From Cenococcum geophilum (lineage: Eukaryota), in contig CP158635.1 of the NCBI GenBank assembly GCA_050273025.1, positions 28,396,001 to 28,460,000 of the forward strand: a stretch of DNA of 64,000 nucleotides, written 5' to 3'. The translations under genes and the position numbers were made by a program. The number at the start of each line of letters is the position of its first letter. Position 1 is the first letter of the stretch. Shown here in pieces: positions 1-11,590 of this stretch. The notes under the pieces were generated by a model. The model was not told the origin of the DNA. It searched no databases and was given only the letters and a program-made list of their open reading frames with translations.

Positions 1-84
1 CCAAAATACGGGGTATCTCTGTCACTGTAGTGGCTACTATAGTGGTAGAGACGCCTTAAATATTTAATATAACCGACTACTAAG

Positions 85-560
85 GCTGTCGATAAGTAAA
101 AGGTAGGCTACCGATATAATGCAAACGATATAGTTGTTAATATCGTTTATAGCCTGTTTTTGCTTCTAGTATACGCGTAAATCGTCCTTATATTTGGCGT
201 AGAGCTAGTTATAGGTAGTGAGCTAATTTAGGTCTAGCTTTGCTATTAATATAGCCGTAGGTAGTATATCCCTTGGTATAGGCCGACTTAGTAATTCTAG
301 CTTTAGAAGATCGTCTTTCTTTTTAGATAGGTCGATATACTGCTATACCTTATTAGTTTTGGCTATGTCTTAGATAATAAAGAACTACTAAATCTAATTG
401 GATAGCTTATTAAGGATAAGGATAATTTTTAATTTAGTAGAGGTTGTTATTTTTAGAATTTAATAGGTTAGGAAGGGTCTAGGTTAGGGTTTAGCTAGCG
501 TCTTAGTAGAACCTTATTTAGACGTTCCGAACTTTTAATTTAATTTATTAGTTTAGATCA
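85..560 (-). mobile_element. Ty1/Copia gag 5' fragment (RIP-degraded), related to the Copia at 30839-36380
   Basis: 121-560 aligns with 35551-35960 (e.g. gtttatagcctgtttttgcttc; ttagttttggctatgtcttagataataaagaactacta). De-RIPed minus reading: MTT..K.ILILD.PS.W..WFFIIQDTAKTNEVWQYIDP. Confidence 0.8.
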
Positions 561-1019
561 CTAAAATCTAAAATTTTGTTATAGGGAGCGCGATTAATAA
601 CCCCTACTAACAGCTCTAACCACGTCTAATTTTTGATTTGTAAATTGGTAGATTTATAGGTAATAGTTATTATAAGTAGCTCTAGGTGCAGTATATATAA
701 AATCTTAACTATAGTGTAGAGAAGTTGTGGCTGCTAATATGCGGTCCTAAGTATTCTTAAGGTTACGTAACTTCTTATATAAGCGACATTTCCGCCCTTT
801 AAAAAAATTAAAAAATTCTAAAAATCGATTAATGCTATAGATAGCAGCAATATTAATCCGGTAGTACTACTAATTCTCCCTATATACTATTATATGTATA
901 TCTAACAGCTTTAGAAGCGGTAAGAAGGTAGGACGGATAGGGGGGTTAAAATTTAGAAAATTGGATTTCGTGGTTAAGCTGTTTAAAAGTTAGGAAACTA
1001 AGACGAATGCCATATTCTC

Positions 1020-3366
1020 CGCTTACCTTTAAGCCAGTATATGATTTCCTAATTAGGAAAAGTCGTTTATAAGTAGTTACTATTACCTCCGTACAAAATC
1101 TTCTTATTATACCTCTTTAGTCTTACTTATAGATAACTAAAATTGTTTTATATTAAACCTACGTTTAAATATAAGCCCTAAAAGCTTCTTAACTTATAAG
1201 ATTGCTATATAGGTTAGCCTAGCTGTTTTATTTTTCTTCTTAATATCTAGAACTACCCGGTTAAGTATTAGGCCCTAGCTTTTATATATAGTAAGAGTAA
1301 AAGCCAGAGTAATTGGAAATTAACGCCGTAAGTAAAAGCCTCTTATACCCTTTTACTTATAAAGTATGGAAAATATAGGGATAACTTTCTTACTATCCTG
1401 CCGAGTGAATAGGGTAGGTCCGTTGTACCTATCTACTATAATTAGTAGTGACTAAGGCTGATCCTTTTTAATATCCGCGTGTCCCTTTTATATAATATCT
1501 TTAACTATACCAGTAGTACCGTTTACTAAGCCTAGTTTAACCTAGATATTTTATATTAGTATTACTTTCGCGCCAATATATAGGGCTAGATTCTTTATAG
1601 TATCGCACTAATTAGGAGTAACTTTCCGCGCACCTATACTAGTGTTAACTAACTTAATAGCCACCACTAGCTGTAAAAGGTCGCGAAGCCGAATAGTGTT
1701 ATACTTACCTATAGTAGCGCGTGTGCTATATAGCCGAATTATATTATTAAAGCCCGCAACCTTATTGGTAGATAGGCCCTGCTTATACCTAGTTAAAAGA
1801 AGCTTTTAGGTTGATTTACTTATAGAATTACTACGTAGCTTTATAAGGGCGGTCCTAAATATAGAGCTTTTAACGTTATTACCGCCCTACTATATAACTT
1901 AATCTAGGATAGCTGTTTAGTTAATCGCCTTATAGGCTCCCTTTTTATATCTAGCGAGCTCTAACGGCTTAGCGGGTAAATTACTATATAAGGCCGCCTG
2001 ACCTATAGGGGGAAGCTAATAGAAATCGCCTACTAGCAAGATGTTTAAGCCTCTAAAATAGTTGTCATTACGCGTAGGGTAAATCTAACGGAGGCGGTAA
2101 TTAATCTAGGCTAGATATACTTGCCCGATTATAGATTTCTTATTAAGGATAAGATAGTAAATATCCTTAAAAGCTTGTTATAGAGGTATAAGACTGGTAG
2201 TAGGCAATTTCTTAAATGGACGGTTTACCGGCAACCTTAATAGATCGTATATAGTTCTGCCGTTAATACTAAAGGCAGCTACTTTAGTAGGGGTAGCTCG
2301 AGCTAATGGCGACGGCTTATTATTAGCCCTTGCTATATTATAGAGCGTAGTAGAGAGGATAGTAATAAGATGCGATTTGCCAGTTCCTGCCTCTCTATTA
2401 ACGTTAATCCGCAGTAGAGGGGGGTTAAGGCCTAGTTTAATCTGCCTGTAGTAATTAACTACGGTATTATAAATATAACGCTGGCCTGGTTATAAGGAAG
2501 ACGGAGTTACTGTTTAGGATAAGCGGCTCTATAATAGAGGCTATAACCGTATTTCCTGCTAATAAGTCCTTTTATTAAGCTGCGGGTATATACCCCAATG
2601 TATACCCCAATTGTAGTTATAATTAAGCTCCCTATTACTAAGCCTGTTAGAATCTTTAATTTTAACTCCGTTAGTGTTTCGAACGCGGGTATATAGGGCC
2701 TTAAAGGACTAATATAGCTCTAAGTTGTCTGCGAAATCGCCCTTAAACTTATTAATATTATTAGCAGTTTTATAAACTTCCTCTAATTTCTAATTATAGA
2801 AGTAGTTAGGTGGGTGCTAATAAGAGTTAACGTAAGCCTAATAGGAAGCTATATAATTAGGGGCCCTAAATCTATTAGTATAAGTAGCTACTTCCTTATA
2901 CTCCCTTTACGGGTAATAGGGAATAAGCTTTATATAGTAGAACTTAGGATATTACGGATAAGAAGGATTGCCCTTATATCGTGGAAAGTATAATATAACT
3001 TAAGGCCTTGCTCTTAGTCGACGCTTATAAGTAGAGTAATTAAAATAGAGTAGAAAATTAAGGAAAGTAACGTTCTCTACCCTATCTAGGCGGCGCTTAT
3101 ATTTCTTATAGTTAGACAGTTTATGCCTTCTTAGTTGCCCATCCTTAAGCTTATATATAGCGCTTTAATTATCCTCCTAGTAGTAGTTTAAAGTTACTAT
3201 ATTCCTAAAGCCTTCGCAAAGGGGAATATTAAGAAGTAGATAGTATACCTCCTACGCTAACTAATTGCGTTTAGTAATAAGCTTATTTATAAACCTAGCT
3301 ACTACCAAACTAAAGGTATAAAGGCTGTTGGTATACGGCTATACTAATTAAAGTAGCTTTTAGTAG
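1020..3366 (-). pseudogene. RepHel C-terminal part: PIF1-family SF1 helicase
   Basis: Minus-strand motifs, partly de-RIPed: (G)EAGTGKSHLI near 2370-2400; APTGVAAFGINGRTIH near 2250-2300; LILDEKSMIG near 2125-2155; FGGLNILLVGDFYQLPPVG near 2005-2060; QFPITLAFALTVHKSQGLTL near 1265-1320; NKLIAERDWSAQEVCHLL near 3240-3290. Confidence 0.9.
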
Positions 3367-3959
3367 TGTTGGTTACACAAGGTAATATCACGTAGCTACG
3401 GTTTGTAGATAGTATAATAATTGTTCTATATTGATATCGAAAGCAAAGGATCGTAAGGATCGCTTAGTTTAGCTATAGGTAGAAGCAGCAAAAGTCTATT
3501 CGGGTAGTAGTACGGTACTAGCGGCGGTAGTAATAGTGGTTAGGCATAGAGCTTGTCTATCAGTTAGTTGGTTAATTATAGGCGTATAGGCACGATCATT
3601 TGGTTAGTAGATCGCAGGCATATCGGCGCGATAGTTATTATTTAGGTAGCAGTACGGTGCGAGCGTCGGGTGGTTCTATGGTAAGTCCATTTGTTTAACC
3701 TACCCCTTTATTATATCGTCCGCAGGGTGCTTAATTGCGGCTAAAGTTTTAGTAGTAGTTTCGGCCTTAATCTTAATTGTAGTAGCAGTAATCTATAAAG
3801 AAGGTAGTATATACTCTTTAACTGGGGTGTTCCTTCTCCTATATAGCAATTAAGGGCTATAACTTATTAATTAACTAAGGCAAGTCTTCTCCAGGATTTA
3901 AGACGGTAATTCTATAGGTGGGAACTCCCTAGCAAGCTATAAACAACTTATTATCTATA

Positions 3960-5113
3960 TAGATCTTTACAATTATAGCCACCTCCTTACTGTATCTAGG
4001 TCCTTGCCTAGGTCCTTACTCCATACTAGTTACGGCTAGTTTAGGTGGTGTATATATGTATAGCTGCTGCGGTCGCTACGGAGGTTCCTGCGGAGGTTGT
4101 TGCGGAGGTTGCTGCGGAGATTGCTGCGGCTGCTGTGGTTGCTGCGGAGGTTCTTGCGGAGGTTCTTGCGGAGGTTCTTGCGGAGATTGATGCGGAGATT
4201 GATGCGGAGATTGATGCGGAGATTGATGCGGAGATTGATGCGGAGATTGATGCGGAGATTCTTGCAGAGGTTGCTGTGGGGTAGCGGGGGCCGCGATTGG
4301 AGTAGCTGGCGGTGCAGCGATCGGGACAACTTGTGGTGCAGCAGTTGGAATAGCTAGTGGAATTGGCGGAGCAGCTGGTGGAATCGGCGGAGGTTCTTGC
4401 AGACGTTGCTGCGGATATTGCTGCGGACGTTGCCGCGGACGTTACTGCGGACGTTGCTAATAGGACGGAGCTTAAGGCACGGGTTGAGATACGGCAGCTT
4501 AAGGAATTTGAGGTGTTTAATAGCCTAAGGTTGTCTGTGGTGTTACTTATAGCTGTCCGTTATTAGGATTCCCTTAAGAGTTAAACTTCTTTTAGTGCTC
4601 AATCTCTTGTAGAGTCCATTTATGTTCTTCTTTTACGTTAAGAACTTGCTTCTAAATATTGTTTCTAATATTACCCCCATCTATAGGGACAAATACTCCT
4701 TTCTCCCGAAGGAAGTCTTAAAAATCTTAAATAATATAAATATTACTAAGTGCCTAGGTATTAGCAGTCCATCCTATAAAATCCTCCCTAAAATATTCCT
4801 ATAGCTATAAATCGGCGTAGTATCTACTTTAGTAAAATAGAATACGGTATAGGAGAAAGCCGTTAACTTATTTTACGGTATAAGTTATTATATTAATGGT
4901 AAATTCGTCCCAATTTTCGTCGATAAGTTTCGCGTACGAAGCTACCCCTAGTGGTAAGGAGTCTCTCCAGTCGTTTAGAATAGCTGTAGCTATATTTTCG
5001 GAGGAAGGGAAGTGTCGTTTAGTACGCGTTCGTGACGTGTATTTGCGATTATAGGGCTTAGGACTAGTTCTGGCCTTAAATTGCGAAGACTTGTAAAGCG
5101 TGTTATTCTGCAT
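3960..5113 (-). pseudogene. Copia-like gag remnant with a Q/P-rich repeat
   Basis: One frame runs from ORF 4868..5113 through L(W)EYFREDFIGWT (about 4770-4804) and the (QSPH)n/(QEPP)n repeats to PRYSKEVA.IVKIY (about 3960-4000). Confidence 0.6.
4078..4272. repeat. 12-bp tandem array (gcggaggttctt / gcggagattgat)
   Basis: Directly visible, including six consecutive gcggagattgat-type units. Related gcggacgttgct units lie at about 4395-4460. Confidence 0.95.
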
Positions 5114-5538
5114 AATAGACGTAAGAATTTGTAATCTTGGAAAGGCTTAGGACCAGTTTTGGCCTTTAAATCCTTAGATTCGTGGAAGAGTTCTATTTAA
5201 GGTTTAGGACCAGTTCTAACCTTAAAAGACAGCTCTATTTAGCACGAGTAGCACTAATACAGTGGCTTATCTCTTCTTGGTGGAATACCTAGCTATTTTA
5301 TAGTATAACAGTAAAGTTAACCACTAATTAGTGTTGGTTATATAAGGTAATATTACATAGCTACGGTTCGTAGATAGTATAATAATTGTTTTATATTAAT
5401 ATCGAAAGTAAAGGATTGTAAGGATTGCAGTGCCTAAGTAGGGGGCTGATAAGTCACTATAAGGGTAACTAATCAGAGACACGAGTACCTTAACCTCAAC
5501 CTCTACCTCGACCTCTGTCCATATATTCCGATAAGTAG

Positions 5539-8305
5539 GAAGTTAACTTCTTCTCTTCCTTGCTGTAATATTTGCCTATATAGTTAACTATTACTAATAC
5601 GCTTATAGCGGGTGACGTATTAATATTTGCCATCCACGCCAATATTATTGCTGTATTATAACTATTAAGAAGCTTATTATTACGCTACGGATAGAATGTC
5701 TAGTAATGTAGATTTTAATCCTTTAATACAGCAGCTTTATTATAAAGAGAGCGTAGAAAATAGAAGCGGCACTCCTTTACTTTAGTGGAGCCTTTCTTTA
5801 ATCTTAAGCAGTAAGATTTGGTGCAATTATAATGCCGTTAAAATCGATTAAGGCAGGTAGTAAGAAGCTTACTAGTATTAAGCTGTTCTTTATAGCTAAG
5901 AGCAGAAGGATATCGAAGATTAGGAGGCCTAGATTAATTAGGATTAATTATAGATATAAAAGTAGCCCAGTACTTAGTAAAAGCAGCCCTTAATTCACTA
6001 GCTGACGGATTTAGCCTTAGGGCTGTTAAACTCTATAAGAAGCTATATATATAGCCGCTACCTTATACCTACCACTTATATTAGGACTAAAAGTTAGTGC
6101 CATTAAATAGGCCTATAAGTACGTGCTTCCTAAACAGATTAAAGCGGCGATATAGCTAGTAAGCAGCAATATGCAGATTATTATTAAGATATTAAGAAGT
6201 AATCCAGTAGCGCTAAGCCTTATTAACAGCCTTATATTTATTAAATAGAGGCATATAAGAGTATAGATTATACTATTGTAGATTAGTAGCGCTAAGTGTA
6301 AAGAATAAAAACCCGCTTTTAATATTCTTAGTATAAGCCGTAAGCTTATTTCTCTTCTGCCTCTAGTAAGGTCTAGTGCCCTTAAAGTTCCGTATATACT
6401 ATATAATCTTATTTATCAACTAGCCACCCCTAATACTATTTATAAGATTACTAAGCTTATCTAAAGATAGACTATTCTTATTTAATCGGCCGTAAAGAAA
6501 GCGGGTAGCGTTAAGGGCTTACTCTCTTATAATCCGATTAAACACATAGTAGTGAAATAAGGGGTAGTAGCCAAACCGACTGTCCTAATACTTAAGCATA
6601 TACTTAGCGTACGCAGCCAGGGTAACCGTACGGCTTTATGGCATGTTAAAATTAGCTTTACTATAAGGAAATAGAGTAGGAAAGGTGCCGCGTATAATAA
6701 AACTAGCTAATTACTTAGAGAGAGGTGTCTATTACATAGTAGGAACCTCTAGGCCCGCTTATAGGTCTTATTAGTGTTAAACCTCGCGACCTAAAAGCTC
6801 TAATTTATTAAGGTTAGGTACTAGATTAGGAACTAAAGTATCTAGTACATTATTATTAAATTTACCATCTAGTAGATTACTGCCAAGCTTGGTAGGTAGA
6901 GGATTAATAGCAAGAGGACGTTGCATAGAAGCAGTAGGGTAAGCTATTAGGCCACTAGAATTAGACTTTAACTTATTAATATAAGGTAGCTAATCTAATA
7001 TAAAGCTATTTTCGGGTAAGCTAGTAAGCCGAGTACTATATATTTTAACGTCGCGATAATTAGGATAATTGACTTTTAGAAAGTAAAGCCACTATACTAT
7101 GGCAAAGCGCCTTATAATATACCACTTAGTAAACCGCCGACCTAGGTATTTACCACTATCTACTACCGTAGGCCTTACAACCAGTATCTCGAGTTTAGTA
7201 GGTAGCCGTAGTAGCTGCCTCTAAGTCTTTAGTATATTCTGGCCAAAGCAGCAAATATAGCTAGTATAGCGATATTGCTGGCCGCGTATACGTACGACTT
7301 GTAGATAAATGTATACGCGCGTAATTAGAAGCTCCTTTACCGCGATAAGTATAGGTAGAAAGCCAGGAATAGGCCCCGGATTAAGCCCGTTACTTTTACC
7401 AAATAAGGGAGAAAGGGTTAGATTTTTAAGACTATTGGCGTCCTTAATGCAGGCTTTGCATATACCTATATTATCACCCTCCGTAGCTAGGCCTATTTAG
7501 AACTACCGCTCCTTATAACGACTGCACGTCTCTATATATTTAGCCTGTAGTATAATCCTAAACTTCTTAATTCGCTCCTAATTAATAGCTGAAATAGGTA
7601 GTAGGGCCGTAGTCAGAGCTTGCTAAGAGGGAGCTTGCTAAGAGGGAGCTTGCTATAAGGGAGCTTGCCGTAAGGGAGCTTACCGTAAGGGAGCTTGCCG
7701 CGAGAGAGCTTGCCATAAGGGAGCTTGCCGCGAGAGAGCTTGCCGTAAGGGAGCTTGCCGTAAAGAAGGTGGTATTGGCAATAGGGTAGGTATTAGCGGT
7801 AGAGTTAGTATAGGAGCTAGTTCCGGTAAGGACGTATTTAGGCTATCTAGAATACCTCTACTGCACGGAGCTTTATCTATAGCATATAGCGGAGGAGTAG
7901 GCGAGTAAGCTTTACCCCGCCGATTAAGAATGCGGTACTCCCGTTATATTGCCCTAATTATCTTCCGCCGTTAAGCCATTTTAGGGGTATCTTAACTGTT
8001 CTGGCCGCGAGGCAGGAAGGCGTTCTTGGTATCGTTTTTAGGTAGAGCAGTTCGCTAGCGCCTTGTAGAACGATTCTTAGTAGTAGAACCCAACTCTATA
8101 AGAGCTCTCCGCTTATTTAAATTATATTTAGAGGCCTAGGAATATAAGCAGAAGTAGAAGTAATATATAGGGAAGACGCGCCTTTAACTGATATAACTGG
8201 CATAGCTTTAAAAGCTTCTTTAAAGGGCCGTTTTTGATAAAGTTAAGGCGGGGCTTACAGATATAGCACTTGCTGCACTTAATTATAATAGGATCTGCTA
8301 TATTT
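5539..8305 (-). pseudogene. RepHel N-terminal part: Cys-rich N-terminus, DUF6570-like region and HUH Rep
   Basis: De-RIPed motifs: WMANID..P....V.NYIGKYCSKEEK (about 5550-5635); FWSRYEWQARGSGHVHGFLW, the HUH motif (about 6035-6095); TLSAADLQWHDL (about 6260-6300); FPTLFP...FNMPR (about 6635-6690); RIRGQQYRY.GH.CCFGQN (about 7235-7290). Start position approximate. Confidence 0.85.
7616..7765. repeat. 15-bp tandem array, 10 copies (gagcttgccgtaagg), inside the Helitron ORF
   Basis: Directly visible; would encode an (S/L)RQAP pentapeptide repeat on the minus strand. Confidence 0.95.
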
Positions 8306-8537
8306 ATAGTGGTATAGAGGTGTAAATAAAAAGGAAGGTGTAATACTAAGATATTTTGACGTTTATAATATTTTGATATTTATTACGTGGATTCTGCTAT
8401 AACCTACCGCCCGTAAGTTTTTTTCTAACTAATTAGAAGCCGCCTCCTAACTAATTAGAAGCTGGCTTGGCGGAAGTTTGAAATCTAGGACCCCCTAACC
8501 CGAATATATAGACCACTTATACCTCGGGTTAATAATA

Positions 8538-9602
8538 AATTCTATTAACTTATTAAAAGCCTTAAAGAAACTATAGTATAGCAGAGCAATATTATTATAA
8601 GCTAGAATAGTATTATTAAGAGTATTAGAAATAAACTAGTAAATATTAAATTAGAATAGTAAAGCCTTAAAAAGTAAAATACTAAACTTTAGAAAGCTAT
8701 CTGGTCCTTATAAGCGTAACTAAACACTCCTTTAGCTCTAATATAATTATGGGTATTAGTAGCGGCTAGTAGAGGCACAGTAGGGCTAAAGATAACCTTA
8801 CTATAAATAATAAGCGCTAGAAACTCTAAGGAACCTAATTAGCAGCTAGTAATAGATATTAGCCGAGCGGGTTTAGAGGTAATAAAAAAGGTAGCTATTA
8901 CTAAAGTAGCAAAGTAAACCATTATATAAGGTATAAAGGATATAATAGGCTTACGGAAGCTATACTTAAGGACTTCCGCGTATAGCGAATAAGCAATAGC
9001 GCGAGCATTATTAGATTCTTAGTAGAAAAAGATAAAAAAGCTGCGTTTAGGTAGATAACTACTTAATAGCTTAAACCGTATATTTTTAGGGCAAGGCTTA
9101 TTGGACCTAAGTAATATATAGTTAAGGCGGACTAGGTTAAAGTACCTCTAGTAATAAATATAAATAGCGGAAAAGTAAGTAAGTTAGCTATAGAGCGCTT
9201 TAGGATAGAGAATAGTATAGAGGTATATATAATAAAATAGCTTAGACAACTAAGGCCACGCAGCTAGCACGTATTGGTAATTATTAAAGTAGCAGTAAAA
9301 GAGGATATAAAGAAGCTACTTATGTTAAATAACGTGTTATTTAGGGGAGGTGCGGTTATTATATTACTGTTTAAGGAGTGATGTACCCCTATAGCATGCT
9401 ATAAATGCAGAAGGTTTAGATATAGGGCTAAAGACTATACGTGACCTAATATATGCGAAATGTGTAGGCGGGAAGGCCATTTCCGGTATAAGACGGTTAA
9501 TCTATACTACTTAAACTGTTAGGGTCCTTACTAAGCCTTATACTGTAAATGCCTAGTATATAGAAAAGAGATAGATAGGATTCTTATATAACAGCGCTAT
9601 AA
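8538..9602 (+). pseudogene. LINE ORF1 (gag-like, zinc knuckles)
   Basis: De-RIPed CYKCRRFGHRAKDC...CEMCGREGH...CLNCQGPH at about 9395-9535. Its stop overlaps the ORF2 start (ataa = RIPed ATGA at 9599-9602). Confidence 0.85.
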
Positions 9603-11318
9603 ATAGAGAACTTTAGATTATCTAGGCGAATAAAAAGAAGTGTAGGGAAGCGTAGTATACGCTATATAACGACAAGACGCTAGCGGACTTTTACTTTATT
9701 CTAGGCCAGGAACTATACTACTTTTTCTTAGTTAGGGAAGTAGTGCTAGCTAGCTTAAACCCCTAGTAGATAAGGTTTGTTCTAATAGGCAGGAAGTAGT
9801 AATACCCCTTAGTTAGGTTATATATCTAGGTATTTAGAAAGCTAGCAGCTATATAGCTGCAGGTAGGTTTGGCAGATATTATAGCGGTAGTGGCGTACGT
9901 CGGCTAAATAAGACTTATAATTGTGTCCGTATATATCCTAGATAGATACTTAAAAAGAACTAAGGAAGAGAACCTAAAGGAGCTTTCTAGTAGGCTAGAG
10001 ATAATTAACGGTCTAATTAAGGGTAAACTATTGCGCGACCTATATACTAAGGTGGTAATTATAGGCGACTTTAATTGGCACAATCCGCTATAGGGAGGAA
10101 GTTATATTAGTACTATATTAACGTAGGAAGAAAGCGCGCCAATTATTAACTTTATAATAGACTAGTTACTTTAGAGCCTGCTTCTAGTAAGAGTACCTAT
10201 ATTTAAGAGCGACGCGGGGTAAACATTAATAATTAACCTTATGCTTATAACCCTAGGCCTAGTAAGTAAACTAGTAAAGTACGCTATTTAGAAATATAAG
10301 TACTGATTAGACTATAAAGCCATCTATACTAGCTTCTAGATTAATATAGACGCGTAGGTAAGCTAGGAGAGGTTGCTTATTAAAAATATAAACTAGGATA
10401 AGATTTAAGAAGACGTGGACCAATAGAAAAAAATGGGATTTCTTATAAAAGATATAGATAAAATAGTTAACTGCCTTAACAGGTGGGTTAATAAAGCCCT
10501 TAAAGCATACTACTAGCGGTCTAAGCTATTACTATATATAAAAAGACAGTGGAACGAAGATCTTATAACGCTAAGGAAGTTATATATATACTAAAGGAAT
10601 AGGAATAGTGTAATGTAAAGGTAAGAAAGGGATAACCCTAAGCTATGTAATATTGCAGTAAGAGCGAAGAAGCTCTTCTATAGGACTATTTAGTAATATA
10701 GGAAGCTTTATTAAAACGAATTCCTTAGTAATAGTAATAATATATAAAAAGCGTTAAAATACCTTAATCCGTAGGCTATATCTATGTTCGCTAAAATACC
10801 GCTAATTAAAAAGGCTAAAGGATAGGAAAAAGTTATTATAGAGAACTATAATATTATAAGAGAACTACTCTAGGCATTCTTTCCGGTCCCGCCGCCGTGC
10901 GAATAAGAGGAGGATGCTATAGCTAGCTATAACTAATTGCTATAGGAGCCCATTGCTAAATATAAGGTTAAGGTAGCTATATTTAGGGCTAGCCTAGATA
11001 AGGCTTTAGGAAGGGACGGCCTACTAGCTAAGGTATAGCGAGAACTATAGCCCGTACTAAGCGGTGAGATTACTACTCTTTTTACTAAATTATTTAAGAC
11101 AGGAAAAGTACTATAGAAATAAAAGGTAGTAAAGATTATACTGCTATAGAAGCTAAAGCGGGGGGACTATATAGTAGTAAACAACTATAGGCCAATCTCC
11201 CTCCTCCTAACGCTAGGGAAAGCACTTAAATTACTAGTAGCGGAGAGGATAGTATACCTAGTAGAGGAATATAGCTTATTACCTAAAATATACTTTAGAG
11301 CTAGGAAGTAAAGGTTAA

Positions 11319-11590
11319 TGTTCGTACTAACTTAATAGCACGAGTGAGTTAGATCCAGGGGCACGAAATACGTATAGTATCGTATGCTCTTTTGGATGAT
11401 GGTAACTGTCTCTTGTATTGAAGAAGACTACGTAGTCTATATACTAATGCGTCCTCCCCCTAATTAGTCAGTGCTTTATAAGCGCACCAGACGCGTAAGC
11501 GAGTAGTTAGTGCACTGAACGCGTAAACGCGTACCTGGCGAACCGAGCGCGTAGGCACGCGGTTGGTACGACAGGTGCTATAATTATACA
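11319..11590. mobile_element. Solo LTR, 272 bp, in the LINE RT
   Basis: tg...ca ends; 5-bp TSD gttaa at 11314-11318 and 11591-11595; the LINE reading GARK(Q)RST.. resumes after it. Confidence 0.85.

Larger units (their letters stand above)
3367..5533 (-). mobile_element. Internally deleted (non-autonomous) Copia-type LTR element, 2167 bp
   Basis: Starts tgttgg and ends ccgata (RIPed tgtcgg...ccgaca). 5-bp TSD agtag at 3362-3366 and 5534-5538. Removing it rejoins the Helitron frame (KKSTSY|QKLLQ). Full LTR at 5332-5533; the left copy matches only 3367-3463. Confidence 0.85.
760..8481 (-). mobile_element. Helitron-like rolling-circle element (Rep/HUH + PIF1 helicase), RIP-degraded, interrupted at 3367-5538; termini approximate
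   Basis: Complete RepHel motif set on the minus strand (see the two pseudogene entries). Termini inferred from the short inverted motif ttccgcc (790-796) / ggcggaa (8469-8475) and a palindrome near 762-771. Confidence 0.8.

Noticed and set aside
4036..4566. Four overlapping ORFs (NLRI, AEID and RRLM repeats)
   Set aside because: Artefacts of the 12-bp array; the frame continuous with the flanking gag motifs is a different one (QSPH repeats).
7616..7765. Possible CRISPR-like array
   Set aside because: Head-to-tail 15-bp units with no spacers, inside a eukaryotic transposon ORF.
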